The translations under genes and the position numbers were made by a program. Below the pieces are notes generated by a model. It ran no database searches, was not told where the DNA came from, and saw nothing but the letters and a program-made list of their open reading frames with translations. From positions 1-25,096 of the IMG/VR virus record IMGVR_UViG_3300022862_000027: DNA of 25,096 nt; one strand, written 5' to 3'. This document shows, piece after piece, positions 17,456 through 24,662 of this stretch (its first letter is position 1; every line of letters begins with the position of its first letter). The DNA comes from a virus (Duplodnaviria > Caudoviricetes).

Positions 17456-17713
17456 ATGCGGATCATCTGTAGAGATTGTGGGGGTAAGGCTCGTATTGGT
17501 TCACGTGAAAACATGAATCTGGAATATGCGAAGCTGTATTGCCAGTGTCTCAACCCGCGCTGCGGACATACGTTCGTGATGAGCCTTACCTATTCACACC
17601 CTTTGCGTCCATCTGCTCAGTCAGTCGACCAGTTGATATTTGACCGACTACGGGCGATGCCGATTGCTCAGCAGCAGCAGTTATTCGATCAACTTAGTTC
17701 ATTACCTGCCTGA
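17456..17713 (+). CDS. ogr: Ogr/Delta-family zinc-finger late transcription activator
   Basis: 85 aa. CRDCGGKA...LYCQCLNPRCGHTF...SHPLRPSA; AAGGGG RBS. Confidence 0.9.
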   Translation: MRIICRDCGGKARIGSRENMNLEYAKLYCQCLNPRCGHTFVMSLTYSHPLRPSAQSVDQLIFDRLRAMPIAQQQQLFDQLSSLPA

Positions 17714-17901
17714 TTAAACAATTCCCCCAATTCTTTCGAACACTCCAGTAATCGGCCATGACTCCAAGTCATGGTCGCTACTACACCGCCGCTTTCCTCT
17801 TCGTTCAGTGGTCGAGCGCCAACTGATACGCTTAACGACATTATTACTTTTGCGATTTCTTCTAATACGTCTCTTGTGTGGATGATTACGCGCTCGTCCA
17901 T
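17689..17901 (-). CDS. Hypothetical 70-aa protein, convergent with ogr
   Basis: GGAG RBS upstream of the ATG, amphipathic helical composition, AT-richer region. No recognisable motif. Confidence 0.5.
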   Translation of the reverse strand: MDERVIIHTRDVLEEIAKVIMSLSVSVGARPLNEEESGGVVATMTWSHGRLLECSKELGELFNQAGNELS

Positions 17902-18006
17902 TACTTCGGCTCCATGCTGGGCGGATCAATTGCGGCGCACTTTACGAATTTAAAAAATAGATTGTCAAATAGTATTTTGGAGGCTTTTTCAACTATGTGA
18001 TCAACC

Positions 18007-18025
18007 AAAAAGCTCACGCCTCGCC
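18007..18025 (-). other. Candidate cos (cohesive end) site
   Basis: The minus strand reads GGCGAGGCG (18025-18017), identical to the first 9 nt of the P2 cos 19-mer. It lies downstream of the portal gene in the same relative orientation as in P2. Confidence 0.4.
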
Positions 18026-18096
18026 AATCTTGATCGTCCTGGAAGCCAAGAAGAGCGGGGTTTTGTGTGACATTGCAAAATGCCATTAGTTCAAAT

Positions 18097-18130
18097 TCGC
18101 ATGCATGATTTTATAAATTCATGCATGCGA
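18097..18130. repeat. 34-bp near-perfect palindrome
   Basis: TCGCATGCATGA-T-TTTATAAA-T-TCATGCATGCGA, with one mismatched pair. Confidence 0.9.
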
Positions 18131-18347
18131 GACTACTTGAGTTCAGATGCTTCTATTCGCTTCTGTGTCAGTGTTTATTAGTTGAGATTGGCGGTTGTCG
18201 GATTTGTATAGCTAAACTTTTGCGGTGTTTTTACGTAATTCGATTTTTTGTGCTGGTAGGTTCTACACGCTGGATCTGCATGAAAGTATGTTTTCATGTA
18301 TGTCAAGAAACAACAGTAGTGGCGCCCGGTTTAGATCTTTGAGGTAA

Positions 18348-18372
18348 AGAAAAAGGGCGCCTAAGCGCCCTT
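18348..18372 (-). terminator. Rho-independent terminator ending the leftward early operon
   Basis: AAGGGCGC-CTAA-GCGCCCTT stem with a T-run on the minus strand, ~40 nt after the last early gene. Confidence 0.8.
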
Positions 18373-18411
18373 GTGAATTTGCAGGTCAGTGTGTTTTAGC
18401 CGCTAAAATTA

Positions 18412-18654
18412 TTACGGCTTATTACGATGAATGGGCAACATTACAACGCCATAGCGGCGATGCCCTTGCGGATCCTCGAACGCAGCTACGACAAGACCAG
18501 GTGGCAAGCGGATATGTGCAACACCGTTCCCCGTGTCGTGGTGGAGCAGGGTAGTGGCTTCCACCAGATGAAAGTCGGTAGGCAGCTCAGCCTGTTTTCG
18601 CGCGTTGTCGTAATCGGCCTCGCTGACTGCAATGATTTGACCATCTATCAGCAT
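18412..18654 (-). CDS. Hypothetical 80-aa phage protein
   Basis: Start overlaps the Arc gene end by 7 nt, with GGAGG upstream. Last gene before the terminator. Confidence 0.7.
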   Translation of the reverse strand: MLIDGQIIAVSEADYDNARKQAELPTDFHLVEATTLLHHDTGNGVAHIRLPPGLVVAAFEDPQGHRRYGVVMLPIHRNKP

Positions 18655-18869
18655 GACGAAGCCTCCAAGGCGCTTATGCGCTTGAGTAATTGGCTAATCA
18701 ACTGGCTTTGCCGTTGCGCCAGCTCTTCAAAAGCGAGCGATTGCTGTAGGCGAGAGATGATTTCACCGTTCATGCTTCGATTATTGGTTCGGGCGATCGC
18801 AGCAATTTGCGGGCGCAAGCCTTCGGGTAGACGAACCACGAACTTGTCTTGTTCGCGAGAATCACTCAT
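18648..18869 (-). CDS. Arc-family ribbon-helix-helix DNA-binding protein (AmrZ/AlgZ-like)
   Basis: [42 protein letters not shown]; ATGA-coupled to the upstream gene. Confidence 0.9.
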   Translation of the reverse strand: MSDSREQDKFVVRLPEGLRPQIAAIARTNNRSMNGEIISRLQQSLAFEELAQRQSQLISQLLKRISALEASSC

Positions 18870-19147
18870 TTGACGGTTCCTTTCTGTACTTGTGTGGTCG
18901 ATTTTGCGAGTAGCTGTGCAACAACATCAGCGTCACGGTCGGAGAGGTCGCCAAGGCTGTGTGCCATTGCTGTAAGGCTTTCAAGCCGCTGCCGGGCGTC
19001 AGGGGTCTTGTGAATCACATACCCGATGAGGGCCGCGCCGATAACCGCGGTAGCCAGCAATGGGCGAGGGGGTTTAAAGGTGCTGCAGCGTTGCTCCAGC
19101 GTTGTGATAGCCTTGCTTCCACTGCTGCTTGGGTGCTGTGCTTGCAT
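18866..19147 (-). CDS. Hypothetical 93-aa protein with a central hydrophobic segment
   Basis: AGGAG RBS plus ATG at 19147 (MQAQHP); hydrophobic [16 protein letters not shown]. Confidence 0.7.
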   Translation of the reverse strand: MQAQHPSSSGSKAITTLEQRCSTFKPPRPLLATAVIGAALIGYVIHKTPDARQRLESLTAMAHSLGDLSDRDADVVAQLLAKSTTQVQKGTVK

Positions 19148-19159
19148 GGTGTTGCTCCT
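19141..19159 (-). repeat. 19-bp direct repeat copy 2 (RBS plus start codon)
   Basis: AGGAGCAACACCATGCAAG, identical to 19762-19780. Confidence 0.92.
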
Positions 19160-19209
19160 CTTGTGGTGGTTGGTGTCGGGGAGGTGCGAACTCCTCGACA
19201 CCGTCTTTC

Positions 19210-19461
19210 TCACACCTGCCGCAACTGGCTGGCCGTGAATACCGGGCGCTGTTCACAGCGCACGTCAAACAATCCCAGGTCATGCCCATCTACGTCGCGC
19301 ATATGCACGACCGTGACGAACGTCGGCGTGTCCTCCGGGTGATCCCTCCAATGAGCGGCCGCTGCCAGCTCGGCCAATTCTTCCGGGGTGCGTTGATCGA
19401 CGTAGCTGGTCGGTAACGGCAGCTCGCCCGGCAGGTTGTTGGCCACGTAGCGAATAATCAC
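19210..19461 (-). CDS. Hypothetical 83-aa phage protein
   Basis: GTG start with AGGAG upstream; fits between neighbouring genes in the operon. Confidence 0.7.
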   Translation of the reverse strand: MIIRYVANNLPGELPLPTSYVDQRTPEELAELAAAAHWRDHPEDTPTFVTVVHMRDVDGHDLGLFDVRCEQRPVFTASQLRQV

Positions 19462-19474
19462 GGCTGTCTCCTCC

Positions 19475-19768
19475 TTAAGCCTGGCGCACCAGGTGAACCA
19501 CGAAGTCAGATGGGATCCCCGAGTGGATTCCCTGCGCTTCTAGATCCATCGCGGCTTTGATTTGAAACTGCGTGCAGTCGTCAGCCAGGAATTGCTTGTC
19601 GCCGGCCATGGCTCTGGCCGCGATTTGATTCACGAAGTACGGCGTTGTGCACTGTTCGCCAACGAGGATTGGCGCCTCGATCCCTTGTTGTTTCAGTTCG
19701 GCTTGAATGGCGCGAAGGCGGGTTGTTTTGCCCGAGGCCTGCGCGCCGGTGATGACTTGTACTTGCAT
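19475..19768 (-). CDS. 97-aa minimal P-loop protein
   Basis: AGGAG RBS; VQVITGAQASGKTT (Walker A) and FLADD (Walker B-like). Confidence 0.75.
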   Translation of the reverse strand: MQVQVITGAQASGKTTRLRAIQAELKQQGIEAPILVGEQCTTPYFVNQIAARAMAGDKQFLADDCTQFQIKAAMDLEAQGIHSGIPSDFVVHLVRQA

Positions 19769-19780
19769 GGTGTTGCTCCT
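19762..19780 (-). repeat. 19-bp direct repeat copy 1 (RBS plus start codon)
   Basis: AGGAGCAACACCATGCAAG, identical to 19141-19159. Confidence 0.92.
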
Positions 19781-19840
19781 TGTTTCCGCTGGTTGAGTCA
19801 GGCGGCGCCTGAAGAAATGTCGCGTGTGCCCCGAGGTACC

Positions 19841-20159
19841 CCGGAACATCCGGAACAATTAAAAGTTGCTGATCGCGAACCCACGGTTTTCGGGGCTTTC
19901 GGCTCGGATCTGAGGTGGAACGGTTACCCGGAACATTGCGGAACAGCTTTTTCGCAAAAAGTGCTGTATCCCTTGCTGCACAAGGCTTTGCGGGTTGTTC
20001 CGGCAAACGCCTATGGCGGAACACTTCTGGAACAGCGATTGGAAAGTTGTTCCGGTGTGTTCCGGTTTGTTCCGGTCGGTGATGCTGAGGTGATGCCGGT
20101 TATCTATCTGTTTTTTATAGATATTTTTCTTATAGATATTTATGTTCCAGATGTTCCGC
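19841..20159. repeat. Iteron array plus AT-rich segment: putative phage replication origin
   Basis: 12 exact GGAACA/TGTTCC copies (19843, 19852, 19930, 19940, 19996, 20018, 20029, 20048, 20058, 20068, 20143, 20152), mostly spaced 9-11 bp. AT-rich 20100-20143 contains two TTATAGATATTT. Directly downstream of the primase-helicase. Confidence 0.82.
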
Positions 20160-20238
20160 CCAGTCAGTGGCCACACACGCATTTGTCCAAAACTAGGGGT
20201 CTCCCCCCATGCACCAAGTTTTACCCCCACGACGTTTT

Positions 20239-22893
20239 TCACGGCTTGCTCCCCTTCCGGAACAGCCAGCAGTTCAGCGAGCGTTTCTCGATTACCGATC
20301 GGACTTTGCGGGTCTCAATGAAGGTGTGTGTGGTGCTCAGCGGCAAAGCTCTGTGCAGTTGGGTAGCGTGAATGACTTCTTGGCCGGCCAAACGGCAAGC
20401 GTTGTGGAAGTGTTCGATGTTGATCGCGATCAGATCTTTGTCGGCGCTGTGATTGAGCGTTTCCTGCGTGACTTCGCGATCCCCATCCTTGTCGCTGATG
20501 AACATCGTCCGCTCGTTCAGATAGTGATAGATCTGCCAGAAGCGACCCGCAGTTGGGTTCTCGGTGCTGACACGTTGCTGGCGATCAAGGGCACGGCGTT
20601 CGATGTGCTTGATTAGTTGATCCAGGGTGTCGTCGCTCCACTCGGGAAACAGCGCTTGGGTAGCTTTGGCTGCTGCCATCATCTGCGCATGACACAGCAC
20701 AATCCGCTGATGCTGGAGTGCCGCATTGGCTTGTAGGCGTTGTTCGTACTCCGCAAAGGCATCGAAGTAGCGCTGAAGCCATTCCGATTCTTGGCTGATG
20801 CAATGACCTAGGTAGCCCGCCAAGTGCTCTACCGGAAGACTATTCAGGCGTACGGCCAAAACCTTCAATGCTGGGGTGTGGTGTGCCCTGGTTGCGTGGT
20901 AGTGACTGATACGGGTAAGGATCGGCTCCGAGCCTTCCACACTGGCGTTCTGTGCGATGCACAGCGCGGCGAGGAAGACCAGGCTATCGGTATCGTTGCT
21001 CGAAGATTTCACGCCTACCGTTCGCAACGTAGCGTTGTGGTCGAACAACTGTTTCCAGATTTCCCAGTTGTACTGACTGACCACCGTGCGGCCTTGAGCG
21101 TCCACGGACTGACTGTCCGACTCGATCAACACCACCGGCAGATTGCTGACTTGGGACAGGGCGCGGGTCAAACCGATCGCACTGGCGCCGGTACTGTTGG
21201 GCTTGATGCCCTCAAAATTGGAACGGCCAAACAGGCGCCACAGAAACCTTAGCAAGCTGGATTTGCCGGCACCGGCGTCACCGGTCAGCTCCAGAAAAGG
21301 CCATGACTCTTGCTTGCTGCGGATCTGCTGCACAAACAGCGTTGCTGTCCACCACGATAGCGCCGCTAGACCATTCAAATGGTGCACGGCAAGAAAGTCG
21401 GAAAACCAGCTCGGGTCGAACGGATTACCGCGCACGATCACCAGGCTGTTCAGTGAGGTTTTCAGGCCTGTCTTACCGACCTCCAGATATCCGTGATCGT
21501 TGGCCAGGTATTCGCGGCCTTTGTGGTAGCCGAATTTCTGATAGCAGTAGGTCTTGCTCGCCGCGTCATAACCAACGAACGGCAGCGATCGGACGGTAAG
21601 TGCATTGTCCAGCCACTTACTGCGGAGCATGGCCAACACCTTTTCACCGCCTTCGAAGTTGCCGCCCGGTGTGCGTTCCAAAAGAGATTTGGCAAAGCTG
21701 CGAGGGTCGCCAATGGAGTTCGGCGCTAGCGGCTCCTTGCAGTTCTGGGCAGCGTTAGGGAAGTTGAATTGAAAAAAGAACTGCTGGTCACCGGTGATTG
21801 CATCGCGCTGGATGTACTCAAAATGCGGAACGCAGTTGGCCACCTGCTTCATGTCGCAATGCTTTTCGAACTTCGGCCAGTGGCCGTTCACGTTATCGCC
21901 GTCCAGATCCTTGTTCAGTTCGTCGGTGTTGATCTTGGCGGAGTAGAGACGATTCTGAAATTCGACCAAGAAGAAGCTACGCGGCCGCTTGAGGTAAAGA
22001 AGAAACGCCTTTTTGGCGGCGCTGACCGCCACGAACAAGCGGCCCTGGTAGCAGGCTTCCCGCATGAAGTCGTCATTCAGTTGGCCATCGCGGTAAACGT
22101 CGTCCCAATCGCGATCCGCGCCGGCGAGCGCTACCCATGCCTTTTCGTCTTTGGCGTGCAGCTGACTGCGGTATTTCGGGATGACTGAGTGACCGGCTGC
22201 GTCATCGTCCAAGGCAATGACCCAGCGGACTTTCTTACCCTTGTGTTCCTCGACGAGATTCCACGGGAAGTTATTGGCTGATATCGAGGCGACGGCCTTG
22301 TAGCCGGCAAGGAATAAGGCGATCGCGTGGAAAATGCCTTCAACGATATATACGGTATCGCTTGGCTCGATGGTCATTCCTGGCGGCGCCCAGCATCCGC
22401 CCTTGTAGTCCATCCCCTTTTTGATCCCTGCCTTGTCTCCCCCGTTTGCCTTGACCATGGTGACGTCAATGATGCGTTCCCAGTGACCATTGCAAAGCGG
22501 AAACCGGACAGTGTCAGCCCATTGGCCGTCCTTCATCGGACGGCGGCCTTGTTCGTACCAGCCTTTCATCTTGCTGATATCAAAGCCGCGATTACGCTGT
22601 AGATAGGCGTCGGCCGTCGCGTTTGGATTCAGCTCGGAACGAGGGAACCGCTCACTGAGGTTTTCGAACAGGTGGCTGTAGCGTTCCCGGGTTTTTTCCT
22701 CGAACTGGCATTGGTTCAAGCGGTTGCACTTCAGCTGATATGGCTGCTTTCGAGCGATGTACAGGGTGCGTTCCCCGCACCCTGGACAAACACCTTTCTG
22801 AAAGTAGGTGGTGCCGATGTCTTTGAAGTCCAGGTCATTGTCATGCTCCAGGGCTTCGACCACTTCCAAGCGGTAGATATCTTCGAATTGCAT
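20239..22893 (-). CDS. Multidomain replication protein: Zn finger, TOPRIM primase, P-loop helicase/ATPase
   Basis: 884 aa. CPGC...CNRLNQC, TOPRIM VYIVEGIFHA and IALDDD, Walker A GDAGAGKS, Walker B-like VVLIESD. Confidence 0.88.
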   Translation of the reverse strand: MQFEDIYRLEVVEALEHDNDLDFKDIGTTYFQKGVCPGCGERTLYIARKQPYQLKCNRLNQCQFEEKTRERYSHLFENLSERFPRSELNPNATADAYLQRNRGFDISKMKGWYEQGRRPMKDGQWADTVRFPLCNGHWERIIDVTMVKANGGDKAGIKKGMDYKGGCWAPPGMTIEPSDTVYIVEGIFHAIALFLAGYKAVASISANNFPWNLVEEHKGKKVRWVIALDDDAAGHSVIPKYRSQLHAKDEKAWVALAGADRDWDDVYRDGQLNDDFMREACYQGRLFVAVSAAKKAFLLYLKRPRSFFLVEFQNRLYSAKINTDELNKDLDGDNVNGHWPKFEKHCDMKQVANCVPHFEYIQRDAITGDQQFFFQFNFPNAAQNCKEPLAPNSIGDPRSFAKSLLERTPGGNFEGGEKVLAMLRSKWLDNALTVRSLPFVGYDAASKTYCYQKFGYHKGREYLANDHGYLEVGKTGLKTSLNSLVIVRGNPFDPSWFSDFLAVHHLNGLAALSWWTATLFVQQIRSKQESWPFLELTGDAGAGKSSLLRFLWRLFGRSNFEGIKPNSTGASAIGLTRALSQVSNLPVVLIESDSQSVDAQGRTVVSQYNWEIWKQLFDHNATLRTVGVKSSSNDTDSLVFLAALCIAQNASVEGSEPILTRISHYHATRAHHTPALKVLAVRLNSLPVEHLAGYLGHCISQESEWLQRYFDAFAEYEQRLQANAALQHQRIVLCHAQMMAAAKATQALFPEWSDDTLDQLIKHIERRALDRQQRVSTENPTAGRFWQIYHYLNERTMFISDKDGDREVTQETLNHSADKDLIAINIEHFHNACRLAGQEVIHATQLHRALPLSTTHTFIETRKVRSVIEKRSLNCWLFRKGSKP

Positions 22894-22904
22894 TCCCCAG
22901 CCCC

Positions 22905-23126
22905 TCAGCGCTTGGCCGATGCGGACATGACGCGCTCGGCCTGCTGAGCCGCTTCAATAGCCAAGGCGAGCATGTTGATCAGCACCGCTTCTTTCGAACC
23001 TTCGGCCTTTTCACGAATGAGGATCCGGCCGCGCTCGATGTCGTTTCGGATTGCTCGTTCCGACTGGCCGGAGCGCCGGGCCAGCTCCCTGACAGTGGTG
23101 TAGGGCGTGTCGATAGTGATCTGCAT
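22905..23126 (-). CDS. cox: Cox/Apl-like excisionase and repressor
   Basis: 73 aa MQITIDTPYTTVRELARRSG...VLINMLAL with GGAG RBS; divergent from the C repressor. Confidence 0.8.
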   Translation of the reverse strand: MQITIDTPYTTVRELARRSGQSERAIRNDIERGRILIREKAEGSKEAVLINMLALAIEAAQQAERVMSASAKR

Positions 23127-23157
23127 TTGATAAGCTCCGTGGGTATATATGCAGCAG

Positions 23158-23204
23158 ATATGTATCTGCATCCACAGAATATGTATGTACATACACAAAA
23201 TCAA
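23158..23204 (-). promoter_or_regulatory. Early lytic promoter (Pe-like) with operator repeats
   Basis: Minus strand TTGATT (23204-199), 17 bp, TATTCT (23181-76). Palindrome TGTATGTACATACA lies in the spacer, with a degenerate copy 21 bp away at 23161. Confidence 0.72.
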
Positions 23205-23213
23205 GGGGTCATC

Positions 23214-23462
23214 ATGGATTTAGGAAGCAAGCTCAAGGAAGTGCGGCTGACGGAGCGACTGACACAGTCCGAAATCTGTGAATTGACTGGCGTAAAAATC
23301 GAGACGTGGAAGGGTTACGAATACGGGCGCAGCAAGTCTGTCAGCTCGATTGAGCTGCTGAAGGTCACCATGCACCCCCGGTTCAAGAAATACGCGCTCT
23401 GGTTGGTGACTGATGAGGTCGCGCCTGAAGCGGGCCAGATAAGTCCCGTGATCGGCCAGTGA
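23214..23462 (+). CDS. Immunity repressor, P2 C-like XRE HTH
   Basis: 82 aa. [27 protein letters not shown] and C-terminal [22 protein letters not shown] as in P2 C. No peptidase domain. Confidence 0.9.
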   Translation: MDLGSKLKEVRLTERLTQSEICELTGVKIETWKGYEYGRSKSVSSIELLKVTMHPRFKKYALWLVTDEVAPEAGQISPVIGQ

Positions 23463-23478
23463 TGGCAGGTGCAAGAAC

Positions 23479-24543
23479 ATGCCGATAAAAAAGCTTGCTG
23501 ACGGCCGCTATGAAGTGGACTGCCGCCCCGATGGCAGCTACGGCTATCGAACCCGGAGAATTTTCCCTACCAAAAATGAAGCGACTCACTATCACAACAG
23601 AGTGATGGGGGAGGCAGCTGCTGGGCGGGTGACGAAGCCCGCGAAGCACGACGGTAGAAGCATGCTAGATCTGGTCAATCGTTGGTATGTCGTCCACGGA
23701 CAGAACCTGAAAACAGGCAAGCAACGCCTGGCGCTGTTGATCAGCATGGTCAATCGGATGGGGAACCCGAAAGCGCACAAGTTCACGTCAGCCCACTTTG
23801 CGCAGTACCGCGCGGAGCGTGCCGAGGGGAAACATTCCAGAACGACGCCAGGCACTGGCTACTCCAAGGACGGCGGGGATCCGAAGCCCATCAGCGCGAA
23901 CATGCTGAATCATGAGCTAACGTACCTACGTGCCGTATTCAACGAGCTGGCCAGGCTGGGGGAATGGGACGCCGACAACCCACTGGGCAAAGTGCGCAAA
24001 CTCAAGTTCGACGAAACGGAGATGGCCTACCTGCTGAGCGAGCAAATTCAGCAGTTGTTGGGCGACCTGGCTACGCGGGATTCAGACGCCGGGTTGATCG
24101 CTGAAGTGTGTCTGGCCACCGGTGCCAGGTGGGGCGAAGCGGAGAAGCTACAACCGCGCCAGGTGCGTAATCAGATGGTGCATTACAGTCGCACCAAATC
24201 CAGCAAGAACCGGTCTGTGCCCATCTCGAAACGGCTTGAGGAGCGTTTGAAAGCTGCTCTGCCTTTCAGACCTTGCGCCATCACCTTTCGGCGTAGTGTG
24301 GAAGCGATCGGATTAGAGCTGCCTGATGGTCAGATGACGCACGTACTGCGACACACCTTCGCATCCCATTACATGATGAATGGCGGGGATATTCTGACGC
24401 TTCAAAAAGTGCTGGGGCATGCGACGTTGGCCATGACTCAAAAGTACGCTCACTTCAGTCCTGGACACTTGGCCGAGGTCGTCAATCTGAATCCGCTGGC
24501 CAGCCTCATGGAAGCGAAACCGGTGGTTGCCGAAGTGGCGTAA
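23479..24543 (+). CDS. int: Tyrosine integrase (P2/HP1 type)
   Basis: 354 aa with catalytic R (TGARWGE), K (TKS), HxxR (HVLRH), H (LGH) and Y (QKYAH). Confidence 0.96.
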   Translation: MPIKKLADGRYEVDCRPDGSYGYRTRRIFPTKNEATHYHNRVMGEAAAGRVTKPAKHDGRSMLDLVNRWYVVHGQNLKTGKQRLALLISMVNRMGNPKAHKFTSAHFAQYRAERAEGKHSRTTPGTGYSKDGGDPKPISANMLNHELTYLRAVFNELARLGEWDADNPLGKVRKLKFDETEMAYLLSEQIQQLLGDLATRDSDAGLIAEVCLATGARWGEAEKLQPRQVRNQMVHYSRTKSSKNRSVPISKRLEERLKAALPFRPCAITFRRSVEAIGLELPDGQMTHVLRHTFASHYMMNGGDILTLQKVLGHATLAMTQKYAHFSPGHLAEVVNLNPLASLMEAKPVVAEVA

Positions 24544-24548
24544 CCGTC

Positions 24549-24580
24549 CGTCCAAACCCGAATTGGACGAATCTTGGACG
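24549..24580. repeat. Candidate integrase arm-type sites
   Basis: CGTCCAA (24549-55, inverted) and TTGGACG twice (24563-69, 24574-80; 11-bp period), between the int stop and the tRNA. Confidence 0.65.
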
Positions 24581-24633
24581 GAGCGCACTTTGTACTATCC
24601 AGCCGAGTCAAATTTTCAGATGCCAGAAACGAC

Positions 24634-24658
24634 GAAAGCCACGTAATACGTGGCTTTC
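24634..24658. terminator. Hairpin immediately 3' of the tRNA (terminator-like, between convergent int and tRNA)
   Basis: GAAAGCCACGT-AAT-ACGTGGCTTTC, an 11-bp perfect stem. Confidence 0.65.
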
Positions 24659-24662
24659 AAAG

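Larger units (their letters stand above)
1..24662. mobile_element. P2-superfamily (HP1/K139-like gene order) temperate prophage, truncated by the left window edge
   Basis: Contiguous integrase, C/cox switch, replication, ogr, portal, terminase, O/N/M/L head genes, sheath/tube, lysis cassette, tape measure, baseplate J/I and fibre genes. The block abuts a tRNA 3' end. Confidence 0.97.

Noticed and set aside
17901-18086. 61-aa minus-strand ORF with TAATG overlap to the 70-aa ORF
   Set aside because: No clear RBS or motif, and it spans the candidate cos. It cannot be fully excluded.
18121-18342. 73-aa plus-strand ORF
   Set aside because: Starts inside the palindrome, has no RBS, and has a Cys/Phe-rich composition typical of non-coding AT-rich DNA.
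19841-20159. Repeats as a CRISPR array
   Set aside because: Units are 6-9 bp, in both orientations, irregularly spaced, and there are no cas genes.
19562-20371. 269-aa plus-strand ORF and 127-aa minus-strand ORF (19859-20242) across the repeat region
   Set aside because: The translations mirror the iterons and AT tract (PEH, VP and NIY repeats), so an origin explains the region better. The 127-aa ORF has a GTGA overlap, so it is not fully excluded.
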